A DNA stretch of 64,000 nt from Eledone cirrhosa (GCA_964016885.1 OZ024742.1:55242001-55306000); one strand, 5' to 3'. Numbered from the stretch's first letter, positions 27,146-41,240 are shown. The notes: a model not told the origin generated them from the sequence alone. Made by a program: numbers and translations.

Positions 27146-27268
27146 TACAACAGACCTGGAACTGTTTCGCTAAAAAAAATGTAACATAAAATAATAAGAA
27201 GAGAAGGGCAAATAAAATTGTTTTGACATCGGAAGTATACGTTGGAATTGTTAAAACATTACAGATAT
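27146..27268 (+). repeat. Unclassified dispersed repeat; second copy at ~30707-30827
   Basis: tacaacagacctg...gttttgacatcggaa.tatacgttggaatt..taaaacattacagat is shared. Confidence 0.75.
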
Positions 27269-27270
27269 GT

Positions 27271-27314
<44 letters not shown>

Positions 27315-29048
27315 GTTTGTGTGTTGTGTGTTTATGTATACGCGCGCGTGTGTGTGTACATACATATGGATGTACAAGGTATAATTCTTTAGTAGAAAAT
27401 AGGGGACTGTCTGGATAACAGAATCACCGTTTCTTTGGAGCGGGGAAGGCAGCTTGTCGCGTAGATTGATATTGTGTTTCCCTTCTGTGTTAATACGACT
27501 TCTGCTTTAGAAATCTGATTAAGTTATCAACTTCAATATAAATACTGCTGAATAAGTTATGTAGAAAAAGTAGTCAGATATTCAGGTAAAACATTTTCCA
27601 TTACTGTGTTATCTGCATTATTGAAACAAATCGTCTTGAAAATATGTTGTCCTCCAACTGCGTGTCTATAGCAAATTATCCTGACGCCTTCATCTCTCAG
27701 CTGGTGAATGTATATTAAGATATAAACAAGATCAAATTCTTCCCTTCAACGTTATTGACTTTCCGCTGAAACAACAGGAAGCTGTTCCAGCCTATGGCAT
27801 TTGTCAGCTTCACTTTGAATCTAGTCGTAGAGTAGGGGAAGTCTCTTCCTAAAATATTGTAAACGCAGTCGATTGTTCTGTATGTCGCCATTCTAAGACT
27901 TTACTTCTCTCCCTCAATATCACCCCAAACATTTATACATATGCTAGACATAAATACCAAATTTATTGTAAGGAATATTTCGGTGCTCTGAATATAATTG
28001 TGATGATAGTTTGCATCATAATCATAATGTAATCAATAATCAATCAAGTTTACATAACTGGGGCCGCCAATCGTTGGGTCAGATTTTAGACATTTAAATG
28101 TGCCCATGAAGGCATACAAATAGGCATTAGAAATGCCTTCCAATCCCCAACCACTCTCCATTCTAATAAAAATAATTATAATTGTGTTAGCTATATATAT
28201 CTTATAATGTATTAAATGAATTCTTGAAATTAATACGCTTGCGTGTTATATTCATGAGAACGTGAAGGCACATGACGTAGTCTTTACGTGTTTGACTCAC
28301 AACACTATGGACGTGCCCATGCATCGTGGCCTTGAGCAAAACTCTTCATATTTGATGATTTTCATGAAAGGTCTTGTTTCTCTATTATTAAAACGTACTA
28401 ATTAACTTCTTGTTAGCTGCAACCTAATGAGTGTCAAGAGAAATATTTCCCTATAATACGTCTATTTTTTCTGAAGCTAAAAACCGTGAGTAAATTGCAT
28501 TTTCATGTATTATACGACCCACGAGTCCACTCATGCTTATGGAATATAACACGCTATCCATCTCAGCTTGGTCTTGCACATATATTTTACTATATTAGCC
28601 AATTTCTATTATTATCAATACGTATTCGCAATATTTCCATTTTAACCGAGTATTATTTTGTTTTACCTTCTGAAAACATCTACTTGTGTGTAATACGGCC
28701 ACACTTTTCTGCCCTTAATTTATAATTCAAAATATATTCTACTATACACAGAAAATAGGTAATTGAACTGTGCCTGACTAATGAATATAACAAATTCTAC
28801 GGTTAGTATATTTTGTATTAAGATGTTATTTATTATAAAAAACATGTTATCTTAATCCAATATCTTACATAACATAAATCCTATCTCGTTGAAATGTTAT
28901 ACGACGTACTATGAAATATATGCAAATTAAAATGTTTATATAATGAAAGGCTTTTAACATCTGCTTCTACAAAATATACAAACGACCCATAATCATTTTT
29001 CAGTTGCTATTAATCACCACATCATGTATAATGTAACAAATAAACAAA

Positions 29049-29228
29049 TAATTGTTTCCACTTTTTGGCACAAGGCCATCAAATACCCAGTACATTACTG
29101 GTACTTTATTTTATCGACCCCTAAAGGGTGAAAGGTAAAGTTAACCTCGGCGGGATTTGAACTCAGACCGTAAATGGACGTAACTATGCTGGAAAGCATG
29201 GCGTCCGACCCTCTACCGATACTGCCAA
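29049..29228 (-). mobile_element. tRNA-derived SINE
   Basis: Reverse complement of the 4710 family. Confidence 0.85.
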
Positions 29229-29266
29229 ACAATTAATATTAAGTACTTAGGGTAGAAGTACTGAAC

Positions 29267-29797
<531 letters not shown>

Positions 29798-29842
29798 TTA
29801 TACCTCATTACACAATGCTTCAAGTGAACTATAACTTCCTCC

Positions 29843-29885
<43 letters not shown>

Positions 29886-29911
29886 CATACATACATACAT
29901 ACATACATACA

Positions 29912-30000
<89 letters not shown>

Positions 30001-30002
30001 AT

Positions 30003-30165
30003 ATCCCGTTCAATTATAATCAATTCCGTTCATGAAAGGTTCCACACTTCAGCACAAATTTCTGAATAATAATACAGTGAATAATAAATCAGTGCTTAAA
30101 AATTACTAAAGAACAAGTTAAAATATGCGGAGAAATTTGAAGGCGAAATATAATACTGCATTGGC

Positions 30166-30259
<94 letters not shown>

Positions 30260-30413
30260 GCCAATGCAGTATTATATTTCTCCTTCAAATTTATCCGCAT
30301 ATTTTAACTTCTTCTTTAGTAATTTTCACTGATACGTTCTGTATTATTATTCAGAAATTTGTGCTGAAGTGTGGAACCTTTCATGAAAGGAATTGATTAT
30401 AATTGAACGGGAT
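30003..30413. repeat. Inverted repeat with ~160-bp arms centred on a (TA)n tract
   Basis: atcccgttcaattataatcaattcc...gcattggcctaat (TA)n attaggccaatgc...ggaattgattataattgaacgggat. Confidence 0.9.
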
Positions 30414-31228
30414 GGGAATGCTAAATATTTTTATGACGATTATAAAAGTGATGGTAAAAATTAGATTTTGCTGCTGATGATGGTAATTTAATCTTACGTA
30501 TGTGCTACAGTTTTTATAATTTCTATATACCATCAACATAATGACACCTGTACTACTTAATACATATTAGTTCATATAGTTTGGTTGTGAAAGCGAAAGG
30601 CTTGTAGATTGCTTTTAAAATCAGAAATGCTTTAATAGCAATTGCCAGTGCATTGCTTAGAGAGGAGCCATACTTGTCAACATAAATTGAAAAACCGAGA
30701 AGTGGCATACAACAGACCTGAAATTGTTTCGTTAAAAACATGGAGCATAAAGTAATAAGCAAAGAAATGCAAATAAAAGTGTTTTGACATCGGAAATATA
30801 CGTTGGAATTACTAAAACATTACAGATCTCCGAAAGAATATGAAAGTTGGTAACTGCTCCTTACCGTACTAAGGAACAACATATAATCAACCACTTAATT
30901 AGTGACAAAACTAACACAGTGTGATACAGAAAAAAACATGTGTGGGAATACATTTAATAATTTTAAGTATACTTGTTTTGATTAAGATTATTGAGATTAT
31001 AGCTGTCTCATCACCATCGACGTCAGTCTTATGTATATATGTATCTACAAACACATATTTATACATATATACGTACACACTCACACAAACATACTCACAA
31101 AGGCGCATACACACACTCACACATATATATATATATATATATATATAGGAACAAGTATGACCCCGACGGCAGAGCTCAAGCCGTTTCGACGGCTAATTCT
31201 GGACTGGTTCCTTACCACATTTCCTTCG

Positions 31229-31301
<73 letters not shown>

Positions 31302-31415
31302 TAAGAGGAATTCCAACTTTGTCTGATTTACTCGTTTTATTTACAATCCTTTAAAATATATATAATGGTATTATAATGAAATAGTATGATAGAATATTAA
31401 ATTCTAAGTGTTAAT

Positions 31416-31454
31416 TGAACAAGTACTTTCATGCTTTCGCAATCTTCAGGTTCA
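31416..31454 (-). ncRNA. Type I hammerhead ribozyme, mirror copy
   Basis: Exact reverse complement of 31528-31566. Confidence 0.82.
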
Positions 31455-31527
31455 TGATATGTGGTGACAGTCGAGTTTGCAATTTTCAACAGTTGAAAAT
31501 TGCAAACTCGACTGTCACCACATATCA

Positions 31528-31566
31528 TGAACCTGAAGATTGCGAAAGCATGAAAGTACTTGTTCA
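31528..31566 (+). ncRNA. Minimal type I hammerhead ribozyme (family G)
   Basis: tgaac-CTGAAGA-t-tgc(gaaa)gca-t-GAAA-gtac-TT/gttca: GNRA-capped stem II, palindromic stem III, CUU site. Confidence 0.85.
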
Positions 31567-31775
31567 ATTAACACTTAGAATTTAATATTCTATCATACTA
31601 TTTCATTATAATACCATTATATATATTTTAAAGGATTGTAAATAAAACGAGTAAATCAGACAAAGTTGGAATTCCTCTTATTAATATAATCTTCTATACA
31701 CAATCATACACACCCGTGTATATTTACCTATCTATATCTATATCTATATATCTATATATATATATATATATATAT

Positions 31776-32575
31776 GAAAAGGTTCAGGCCCCCAACGGCA
31801 GAGCCCAAGCCGTTTCGACGGGTATATCTGGACTAAATTAAATGTTTCGCTTGGTAATGATATAGCCGAACTTTTCAAGGGGTAATTCCATATATGGGCA
31901 TGTGATAATCATGCATTTCTTAAGTTTGTAGTTATCAAAATGATTGGTCGAACTTTCTTGTAAACTCAGTTAAATCTTTCATGGTGGTGGGTAGGGGGTG
32001 GGTTGGCTGAACTTGCCTGTAGAACAATGAGGGAGTGGGTGAAGCCGGTCAAGCATTTAAAAGTAAATTCTATACAGCAAATTCTAAGGGGTGTGGTTGA
32101 TGTAGGCCAGCTAGAAAGCAGGCGAAAATAGAATTGTACAGGAATTTGAAAATGGGAAATTATAAAATAAAAAAAATAGAGTCTAAAACAGCTGCTATAT
32201 TTTTAGCTGGTGTTGCGTCTTCAGCCAATGCTATATAGAATTTACTGGGGTGGTGTTACTGGGGCTACAAAAGTCCGATGGGTGCCTCAGGGTAAGCGAA
32301 ACAGGATAAAATGGAAAAGGAAGGGGATAGGGAGTGGAAGGAAGTGAAAAGATGAGATAAAGGGAAAACAGAAAATAATTACATCTATCTATGTATGCTG
32401 GGGTTTCCCCTATCCTTTTCGGCAAGTGGAGAAAAGAAGGATGTTACAGCTATTGTCTACCCACCCAGGTCATGGGGGGATTTGAAGGCAAGTTAAGTCT
32501 TGCGCAATCGGTGTTTACATGCGGTTACACGTTCGTCTTTTTTGTTTAGTAGTAGGTCCTTTGTAAACACCTCTT
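31776..32575 (-). mobile_element. PLE family D 3' region
   Basis: Collinear with 45315-46080; flanked by (TA)n. Confidence 0.8.
31789..31883 (-). ncRNA. Hammerhead, U3-A8 core (family D)
   Basis: Minus strand: acccc-TTGAAAA-gttcggctatatc...gatatacccgtc-GAAA-cggc(ttgggctct)gccg-TT/ggggg. Confidence 0.72.
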
Positions 32576-32576
32576 G

Positions 32577-32616
<40 letters not shown>

Positions 32617-32719
32617 CCTTTTACATACGTATATATTTTTACAAACAAATGGAATTCTCCAAGTCATCCAGGCCCTTTAAAAGGTCGCCAACTGTGCAGC
32701 TTTTGGGGGAAATCAGGTG

Positions 32720-33582
32720 GAAAACTTCTTTTGGACAACTGTTGGCGTGAGACAGACGTGCGTATTTTCACCCTCGCTGTTCAACCCTTTTTTAGAACGA
32801 ATCATGCAAGAAACCCTGAACGACCTCAATATCTGTCGGTGGTAGACCTGTCTGTAACCTACGTTTTGCAGACGATTTTGACCTCACAGGATGTAGTAAC
32901 AACGACTTGAATAACAAACTTATTGAAAGAGTATGAGCATATGGAACGGACATCAGCTCCGAGAAATCCATAGTAATGGTGAATAGCACAAGTAGTACCT
33001 GTGTCAACATCCCCATGAACGGACATTCCTTTGAGAAAGTGTCCGGTTTCACTATGCTAGTGATGGGTAAAATGGCCAGAATATGGAGGAGCAACATTAG
33101 GTTTCAGACGAAGTACAGATTGTAAATATCGTCCTTCTATATGGTTGTAAGTCATGGACACCTTTGGCAGAAACAGAGAAAAAGATCCAGGAGTTTGAGG
33201 AGAACATTCCTTCGAATTTCTTTCGAATTTTCTTCGTTCCTATTGGGAATATAAAACCAATGAATACGTGCTTTGTTATATTAAAAGTTTTGTGGGTCAC
33301 TATGAATCTCTCCTCACCAAATCCAAAAGGAGGAAACTGGCGTGGTTTGGCCACGTCACATGACATAGCAGCTTGTGCAAGACCATAATGCAAGGCACAG
33401 TTGAAAGTGGACGCAGGAGGAGACACCAACGCAAGAACGACACAGAATGGACATAACTGACGACACTAGATCTTTTGACGGCCGCCGTTTATAGACCATT
33501 TTGAGTGTGCTGCTTCTGCGGTAGGATTCCCACCGACGACTTCAGAAGTCAAGGGACTGATGACGATGATGATGATAATGAT
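32720..33582 (+). mobile_element. Decayed RTE-clade LINE 3' fragment with (GAT)n tail
   Basis: ISVGGRPVCNLRFADDFDLTG, SVLLYGCKSWT-like and RRKLAWFGHV-like segments; many frameshifts. Confidence 0.8.
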
Positions 33583-34711
33583 ATTTATACCGACACATAT
33601 ATCACATATATGTGTATATATATACAAAAAGTTATGAAACGAAAGGAGCTGTGTGGTTACTAAAAACAAGGTTTAGGATGGTGGTTAGGACGGAACAGGG
33701 GGAGAAAGGAGAAAGGAGTTTCCATCCTCAGCTGTAAATGTTTCCCGGACCGATGTTTCGGCGCTGAATTACAGGACATCGGTGTAGTTCGATTGCGGCC
33801 GAGCACTTTTATTAATCAAAAGGCCTGGTGGAAAAGTAGAGAGAAAGAGAGAAAAAAAGGGGGAGAAAAAAGGAGAGATAAAAGGAAAAAGAGGGAAAGG
33901 AAGAAGAACAAGGGGGAAAAAGATGAGGAGAGAGGAAGAAGGGGAAAATAGGAAAGGAAATGGAGAAAAAAGTGTACAGGTCCCATCGTGGGAAGACACA
34001 AGTAAAAGAAACATGCAAAAAAGTAACCGTGGAAACATAGGGAAAGTAAGTTGTGGCCAACCTGGGAGACTTTAGCCTGGTGGTCAGCTACGACTCAGAG
34101 CTGGTATAATCACATAGACAGGAGAAAGTGAGAGAGAGACACGGAAAACCAAAAGTGAGGAGGAGAAGGGAAAGGGAGATAATCCAGAAGGGTTTTTTTT
34201 ACGACGGTGGTAAAAACGTGTCGCAAAGATTGCGGACAGAGAGGCCAACACGGCACGTGTAAACATGTCAACAATCAAAACCGAACAGATGGATAGAGAG
34301 AAAGAAGGAGAGAGAAAAAAACGAGAGTGAGGAGGAGAAGAGAAGAGAGAAGGGAGGGTCGTTGCGAAAGTGTGGAGGGAACATAGATCGCCCAAAGCAG
34401 GTAGGGTCACAGCGGTAAATACAAAAACGATATATATATATACACTCGTATATATATATATTCAAAATAACATTATATAAGAACTTATATAGTAACTTGA
34501 AGAGAAATTGCTATTGAGACGTTTAAAGCCCAATGTGTTTATACCTGTAGACGTTCAAATGTTAGCAGATATAATGTAATCTTACCACAGAAATTATAAA
34601 ACATATTAAGATGATAGAAATGTTTTTGCAGGCATTTTAGTAGAAGTTTCTGTGGAAGTCTCTTTCTCAAATATATAAATAGACAATAATATTAATGAAT
34701 GTTTATCTTAT

Positions 34712-34916
34712 AGGCACAAGGCCAGCAATTTGCGAAGGATGGGGAGGGGGGTCGATTAAATCGACACTAACGTGTTACTGGTACTTTATGTTTTCGACGT
34801 AGTAAGGATGAAAGGCAAAGCTAACCACGGGCATTTGAAATTAGAACGTCAAGTTGCGAAAATATATGCCGCTAAGCATGTTGTACGACGCTCTACTGAT
34901 TCAGCCAATCCACTCC
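34712..34916 (-). mobile_element. tRNA-derived SINE, diverged copy
   Basis: ggcacaaggccagcaatt...actggtactttat...aaggatgaaaggcaaag. Confidence 0.78.
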
Positions 34917-36164
34917 CCTAATAATAGTTATTATTATAATTATTTCTGTATTAGCCACACAGGTCTCACATTAAGAAAACATTATAGGCAGTAGAGTACG
35001 ATACAGTGTGGGTTTTTTCTGTGTAAAATAACAGACATACAATACAACAAATTCCCCAAAGATAAAGAGACTCAGTGTCACTCGAGGAGAAAGCCCACAA
35101 AAATCTGCGGGCCCCTGCCCTCTAGGCCAAATTGCCCTTTCGCAGTGTTTTTCCTTAAATCTACAGACATATATACAACACAGCCCATTCTCGCCACTCC
35201 CACCCACCTTTAAATAAACTTGTTAGAAGGCAACATTTTCCTCTCCACTATGATTTTCCTCTTAAAGTGAAACCTGATAAAGTTAGCTCGGGCTTTGCCA
35301 AAGAGTAATATGGTTGTCTTCAACCCTTTCAAACGCATCCACTACACAACCTATTTCGTCATGGCCACCAAGCTTGTAGAGTTTATCTCGATCTAGCAAA
35401 GCTAGGCCTGATATTTCAGGAAGATGTCCATGGGCCTTGAACCGAAAGTCTTCTGGAGTGACTAGTTGATTTTCGTCAATGACCAGAGTCTCCCTAAGAA
35501 CATCGTCGTATTCTTTCGCCATTAAAACTCTATAGAATGCTAAGATAGAGTGTCCACCGATAGTACTGCCAAGGACTGCTGCTCCGTTAAGGAAACGAGC
35601 TGGGGGAAATTAATAATGATAACAACGCAGTAAATTCCCATAAGTAGGGTGATGTTGATAGACTGTACTTATGGAGATCGGAAGGTGGGATAGGTCTTAT
35701 CAGCGTGGAAGACTGTGTTCAAATAGAAAGGAAGGGTTTACATAAATATGTGTCTGACAGTAACGAGCCAATGCTTAAGGAGAAGATAATAGACTTGGAG
35801 ATGTACAAGAAAGAAGTTACGACAACGAGGAGGATAAACCTGAATTAAAACCCCTCCGATACGCCATGAATTTCTGAGTCTACACGTAGTGCCATGATAC
35901 ATTTGGAACATTTTTCCGGTTAAATAACAATAATAACTGAGATATAAAATTAACAACAGCAGCAACAACAACAACAGCAACACCACCAAGAGCAAAACAA
36001 CAACAGGAATAATAATAATCTTTTTTTTATTTTTTATTTATAATCAATGTGCTGTATTAACTGGCTTACCTATGCACACTGAGTTTAGGAAGACACTCGG
36101 AATATATCTCAGAAACAATAATGAAAGAAAATAAAAATAACAATTATAATAATAATAGTAATAT

Positions 36165-37610
36165 TGTTGACAATGTCCGTATTTTCAGCAATGATATATG
36201 TATGGAATTTGGTATTAATAAGTGTGGAGTCCTAGTGATGAACAGGGGTAAATTGAGCAGAAGCAACGGAATCCAGGTACCAACAGGTGAGATGATAAAG
36301 TCAATTGACACTGAAGAAGGATACAATTATTTAGGTGTTCTGGAGGCACATGACATCAAGAACAAAAAAAATGAAGGAGTTGATAAGATCTGAGTACATA
36401 AGGAGAATAAGGAGCGTATTAAAATCACATCTAAATAGTAGGAATGTCATAAGTGCAGGGAATTCCCGAGCTGTGTCTATTATTAGGTATAGTGCGGGAA
36501 TTCTGAAATGGAATGTTGCTGAATAAAAAGAAATAGATAGGAAGACTAGGAAGCTATTTACTATCTACACCATGTTCCACAAGAGGAGTGATGTCGATAG
36601 ACTCTAGTTAAAGAGATCTGAAAGTGGAAGAGATCTTATCAGCATAGAGGACTGTGTTCAGATGGACAAAAACAGCCTTCACAAATACAGTAGGGAGACA
36701 TTGCTCAAAATTGTACTGAAGGAGAAGACAACAGACCAGGGGATGTCCAAGGAGGAAATAACAACAAGGAGGAAGAGCAACCACAGTACCTTCTTTAAGA
36801 AAACTGAATTTAGAGATCCACAGACATGGAACTGGTTAAAAAGAGGAGACATTAAAAAAGCTACAGAAGAAATGCTTTGGCTGAGCAAGAACAGGCCCTT
36901 AGAACGAAGTGGGTGAAACACCATATTTACAAAGAGGAGGCTAGCCCACTGTACACGATCTGTGGAGGGAGAGAGGAAACTGTGGCTCACATTGTATCCG
37001 AGTGTAAACAGCTAGCCCAGACTCACTATAAAGGCTGGAGACATTGTATGATAGCAGGGTGATCCACTGTCACCTATGCAAAGTAAAGAATTTACCACAT
37101 TCTGAGAAGTGGTATGAGCATAGCCAGAGTCAGGTGAAGGTGCTATGGGATTTTAGGATACAGACAGACAAGAAATAAGAAAACAATAGGCTTGACCTGG
37201 TGGTTTTGGACAAGGAAAAAAGATCGTGCCTGATTGTAGATGTAGCCTGCCCATTTGACACGAGAGTGCAAGAAAAGGGGGAGGGAGAAAATTAACCGAT
37301 ACCAGGATTTAAAGTGGGAGTTAAAAAGGATTTGGAACTGCCATGAAATCAAGGTCGTCCCGATTGTCATAGGCGCACTAGGTACTATCTCAAAGAGTTT
37401 CCAAGGATGGTTAAAGAAGATTAGTCCAGCCCCGCTGTTTGGAACACTCCAAAAGGCATGCTTGCTGGGAACAGCAAGAACCCTCCGATACGTCCTGAAT
37501 ATCTGAGGCTGCAGGTAGCGGCTTGATATTTATTTCAACAAACTTTCCAGTTAAATGACATAAATGACTGAGTCTCAAAGAACACTAATACTAATAATAA
37601 TAAAAGTAAT
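36165..37610 (+). mobile_element. 5'-truncated R4/Dong-like non-LTR retrotransposon (RT end, zinc knuckle, REL endonuclease), decayed
   Basis: FSNDICMEFGINKC, YNYLGVLE, AVSIIRYSAGIL, CGGREETVAHIVSEC, DLVVLDK...DVACPFD, RYQDLKWEL, VVPIVIGALG, LQKACLLGTARTLR; flanked by TAA-rich repeats, as expected for Dong/R4. Confidence 0.88.
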
Positions 37611-37630
37611 AATGGTGATGATAATAGTAA

Positions 37631-37737
37631 TAATTGTTTCTACTTTAGGCACAAGGCCAGCAATTACCCAGTGCATTACTGGTACTTTATGTTATCGACC
37701 CCGTAAGGATGAAAGGCAAAGTCAACCTCGGCGGGAT
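37631..37737 (-). mobile_element. tRNA-derived SINE, 3' half
   Basis: Reverse complement of the 4710 family, inserted in the TAA tail. Confidence 0.8.
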
Positions 37738-37839
37738 GATGATAATAGTAATAATGATTATAATCCACAATCAACAATTTCAGATTGTAGCATGTTTTAG
37801 ATTTACTTAAAGACGTAATAAATTGAGTGAAGGAAGCGG

Positions 37840-38210
37840 AGCTTCTTAAAAAATGAAAGTGGGAATTGTAGCGGGTCTTAAAAGAGTTGTAGTAGCGCCT
37901 ATATAAAAGTTATTCGAAATATGTGTTTTTATAAATGCACTGTATACAGTATACAGTGCATTTATTAAACAAATATTTGTCTTAACGCAATGGTTATTTA
38001 AAAGACAACTAATGGGAATTCTGCAATTACATTCAGAAATAGATTTGGTTTCATTGCCAAGGGCGAGGATAGGGAAGTTGTTTTGTGGAGTGTAGTTCGA
38101 ATTCGAATTTCTGTTAGCTTCTTTATCACTATTACTCAAGTCAGTGATATACTTTATTATGTAAGTGTTTTTATAGTTGATAGATCACCTTAGGTTAGAC
38201 ATTTTACAAT
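37840..38210 (-). pseudogene. Decayed PLE GIY-YIG fragment
   Basis: ECNCRIPISCLLNNHCVKTNI...YSAFIKTHISNNFYIGATTT. Confidence 0.72.
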
Positions 38211-39144
38211 GGTTACTAAAGGATATATGTTGAAAAATAACGTAGGTGTATTTCAGGCCACGTATATTCCGAATGACGGATTGAGCTAGGTATCGCACCG
38301 ATGAGTTTTATGTTTATTGCGTGACTGGATCTGGATCTCAACATTACACTGATGAACTGTAGGTATCAGATTTTCCGTTATGTATAGCAACATTTTCAAA
38401 TGGGTAGGATTGGATATTCACTATGTTTGAGATATTATAAGAATGTTGAACATAATTAAGTTCTGGGTGTACAAGAGATTCGGATAAAGAAGTAAACCAC
38501 AATCTCTTTCAATTGTTGTAGTGTTAGCATGGTTAGGTTCTCATTGTGAAGAAACTGACCGCTACACCTTTTAATTTTCCTTGTCTTAACAATATTATGA
38601 TATGAGTATATAAAGAATTAAAGCTAACACATTTATCCTAAAATTTTATACTCCTTCGATTTTAACTTTAGCATTATTCTTTAATAACATCAACTTTTTG
38701 TGTAACTTTCACCTGCTTGACCTCTTTTCATCCCCAAAGTAATCTTTTCATTCAAAGTATTATTTCCATTCAAAACTGAAGTCTGCATTCCTCTACTCCT
38801 AAATTAAATTTCTACTACTACTATTCTATCAACTTGACCACTTACTACTCTTCTATTGGTCAATTCAAAACCAGTTCCCAAACAGACCTATTATATTAAA
38901 ACTTTGTTGGTGTTTTTCAATAAACAAATATCATTATTTCAATAAACAAATATCATTATTTCTGAAGACAGCATATATATGTGTAGGTAGATATATTCCC
39001 TCTGATAATTTGTAAAATTTTTACATAGATCTATATGATATACATACCAACGCACACATATATATCCTAGAAACGATCGTAAAATGATGAATCTTTTAAT
39101 ATAAGGAACTGTTTCTTTGTCTTTATTCATTGTTTTTATAAATT

Positions 39145-39212
<68 letters not shown>

Positions 39213-39320
39213 ACTCACAATAGACCCTTATAATCAAATTAACTCAAGGAAAAAATTACCGAGCCTTAAAACACTTATAAGAGAGACGAGCACATATATA
39301 TAACTATATGCGTTCAAATG

Positions 39321-39410
39321 ACAAGGGCCAGAAACCGCCAAGGTGAAGAAAATACTGACTAAAAACAAGGGCCAGAAACCGCCAAGGTGAAGAAAATACT
39401 GACTAAAAAC
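39321..39410 (+). repeat. Tandem duplication, ~44-bp unit x2
   Basis: acaagggccagaaaccgccaaggtgaagaaaatactgactaaaa occurs twice. Confidence 0.9.
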
Positions 39411-39974
39411 TGTATGATTTACAGAACTCAATGAAAAGGTTAACATACCTACTATCACAACTATCAGGTATCCAGACAGCTTTCGGGTAGAATTGTTTCG
39501 CAATTCAATGAGGAGATTAACTGGTCTGTCATCGATTTCTCTTAATATATGTTTATTTTATCAATAAATATTGACTGAACCATTTCTGCGCATCATATGA
39601 GAGTAATATGTACATATGTTTGATGTTGCTACCTCTATATAAACAAACATCCCACAACACATACAGTAAAAAAAAACAACATATGTCTATAGATTGGCAA
39701 ATATACAATAACACAAATCAAAACTGTTATTTTGTTTATTGAGGCCTATTATATTCATACTTGTTTTATATATATATATATAGCTATTACAACAACTGTT
39801 ACCATGCTAAATAGACAGGCCGTAAAAAGGCTAACCCGAATGACAGATTGTATATGGTCAACCACCATCTAGAAATAGTTGCTAAACTTGTGGAAGTACA
39901 TTATCCATAGAATCCTCCTGCTGCACATGCTCTCATGGCCTGTTAATTACATAAACCACATTCCTTATATCTCT

Positions 39975-40070
<96 letters not shown>

Positions 40071-40175
40071 ATCTCTCTCTCTATCATACACACACACACA
40101 CACACACACATGTATATATATATATATATATATATATTTATTAATAGATTTTAGTCTTCAATTTTATTATTATTA

Positions 40176-40213
<38 letters not shown>

Positions 40214-40595
40214 ATATTATATTAAGTATCACATAGGATCTGAAAAAGTAATAAGATAAACACCAGTCGAATCATTTGAGACAGTCCATAAGCACTCAAT
40301 TGATGCTAGAAATGAATTCCTCAATGAGAGTGAATTAACGTATATGAGGGAGACGTAATGAATAATATGTGTATGTAGCCATTATATATATCAACATCAC
40401 CGACAAATACTAAAAGGGAAAATACTTTCTGACCTAGAGCAATTATGGTTTCTAGTGTACTGAGATAGTGCAACACGTGATTCTGTATACATATGCAAGT
40501 CTTAAGAGCATCTAGCCGTTGTTACGCAATTAGGAGAGGAAGCACTTCTATCAGTATATATGCGAGAAAAACCACAAACCCTCCATCTCAATTCT

Positions 40596-40633
40596 ACTTT
40601 TAAAAAGTACAAGAACTGCGAAACTGGTAAAGG
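40596..40633 (+). ncRNA. Decayed family A hammerhead
   Basis: actt-TTAAAAA-gta-c(aagaa)c-tgc-GAAA-ctgg-TA/aagg; G5 is lost, so probably inactive. Confidence 0.55.
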
Positions 40634-41069
40634 AACCAAATAAATTTATATTTAAAAAAAAAGGCTCCAGTTGCATTTCCGATTTCATCTTATTTCCTTA
40701 TATATATATACACATAAACGTGTTTCATTTCATAAAGGACGCTATGATAATAATTTTCCTCGGTAAGTGGTGACGTATGGCTATGCGACTACTAGAAAAC
40801 CTTAATTTCTATTAAAATAACGCGAAAAGGAACTTTATTTTTCAGTGGGCTTAGTTTGATGAAGTAAAGCTGCTATGATACTGGGATGAATGAATCTATT
40901 TATGGTATTTCCTCATTTAACTAAATATTTGTGATGCATTTCTTAAAAATATAGAAAATATCAATTATGGAATGTTAAAAAACAAAACTTGGAAATATGT
41001 TTTTAACAATGAGACCATTTTGAACTTATCACATTCAATCCACTTACATTTACGGTTATATGTAACGAG

Positions 41070-41240
41070 TCGCAGCCTTGGCAATGGAGACTACTGGTAG
41101 CCGTAGGGCTACCTCCCTACTCACCAACATAGGCGCGGAGCTGGCCAGCCGCAGGTGTGAGACTCGCGAGTTTAAATGGCTCTTCGAGCGCATCTCCCTT
41201 TCCATCCTCCGGGGAAACGCCTTCTAGATTCTGTCCGCCG
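41070..41240 (+). pseudogene. C-terminal REL-endonuclease fragment of a CRE-like non-LTR retrotransposon
   Basis: Translates ALAMETTG...ATSLLTNIGAELASRRCETREFKWLFERISLSILRGNA, matching the ETxG...WLFQRLSxAIQRGNA end typical of CRE-like elements. Confidence 0.7.

Larger units (their letters stand above)
31294..31688. repeat. 395-bp perfect palindrome (centre 31491, 1-nt spacer)
   Basis: Centre gcaattttcaac-a-gttgaaaattgc; no mismatch seen between the arms. Confidence 0.95.

Noticed and set aside
33715-33790. Minus-strand CTGAGGA-tg-GAAA and GAAAC-atcg-GTC motifs at the end of an unclassified repeat
   Set aside because: Core halves are in the wrong order or lack a pairing stem I.
39321-39410. 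Direct repeats as a CRISPR-like array or hammerhead
   Set aside because: Only two adjacent units with no spacer, eukaryotic context, and no valid ribozyme core.
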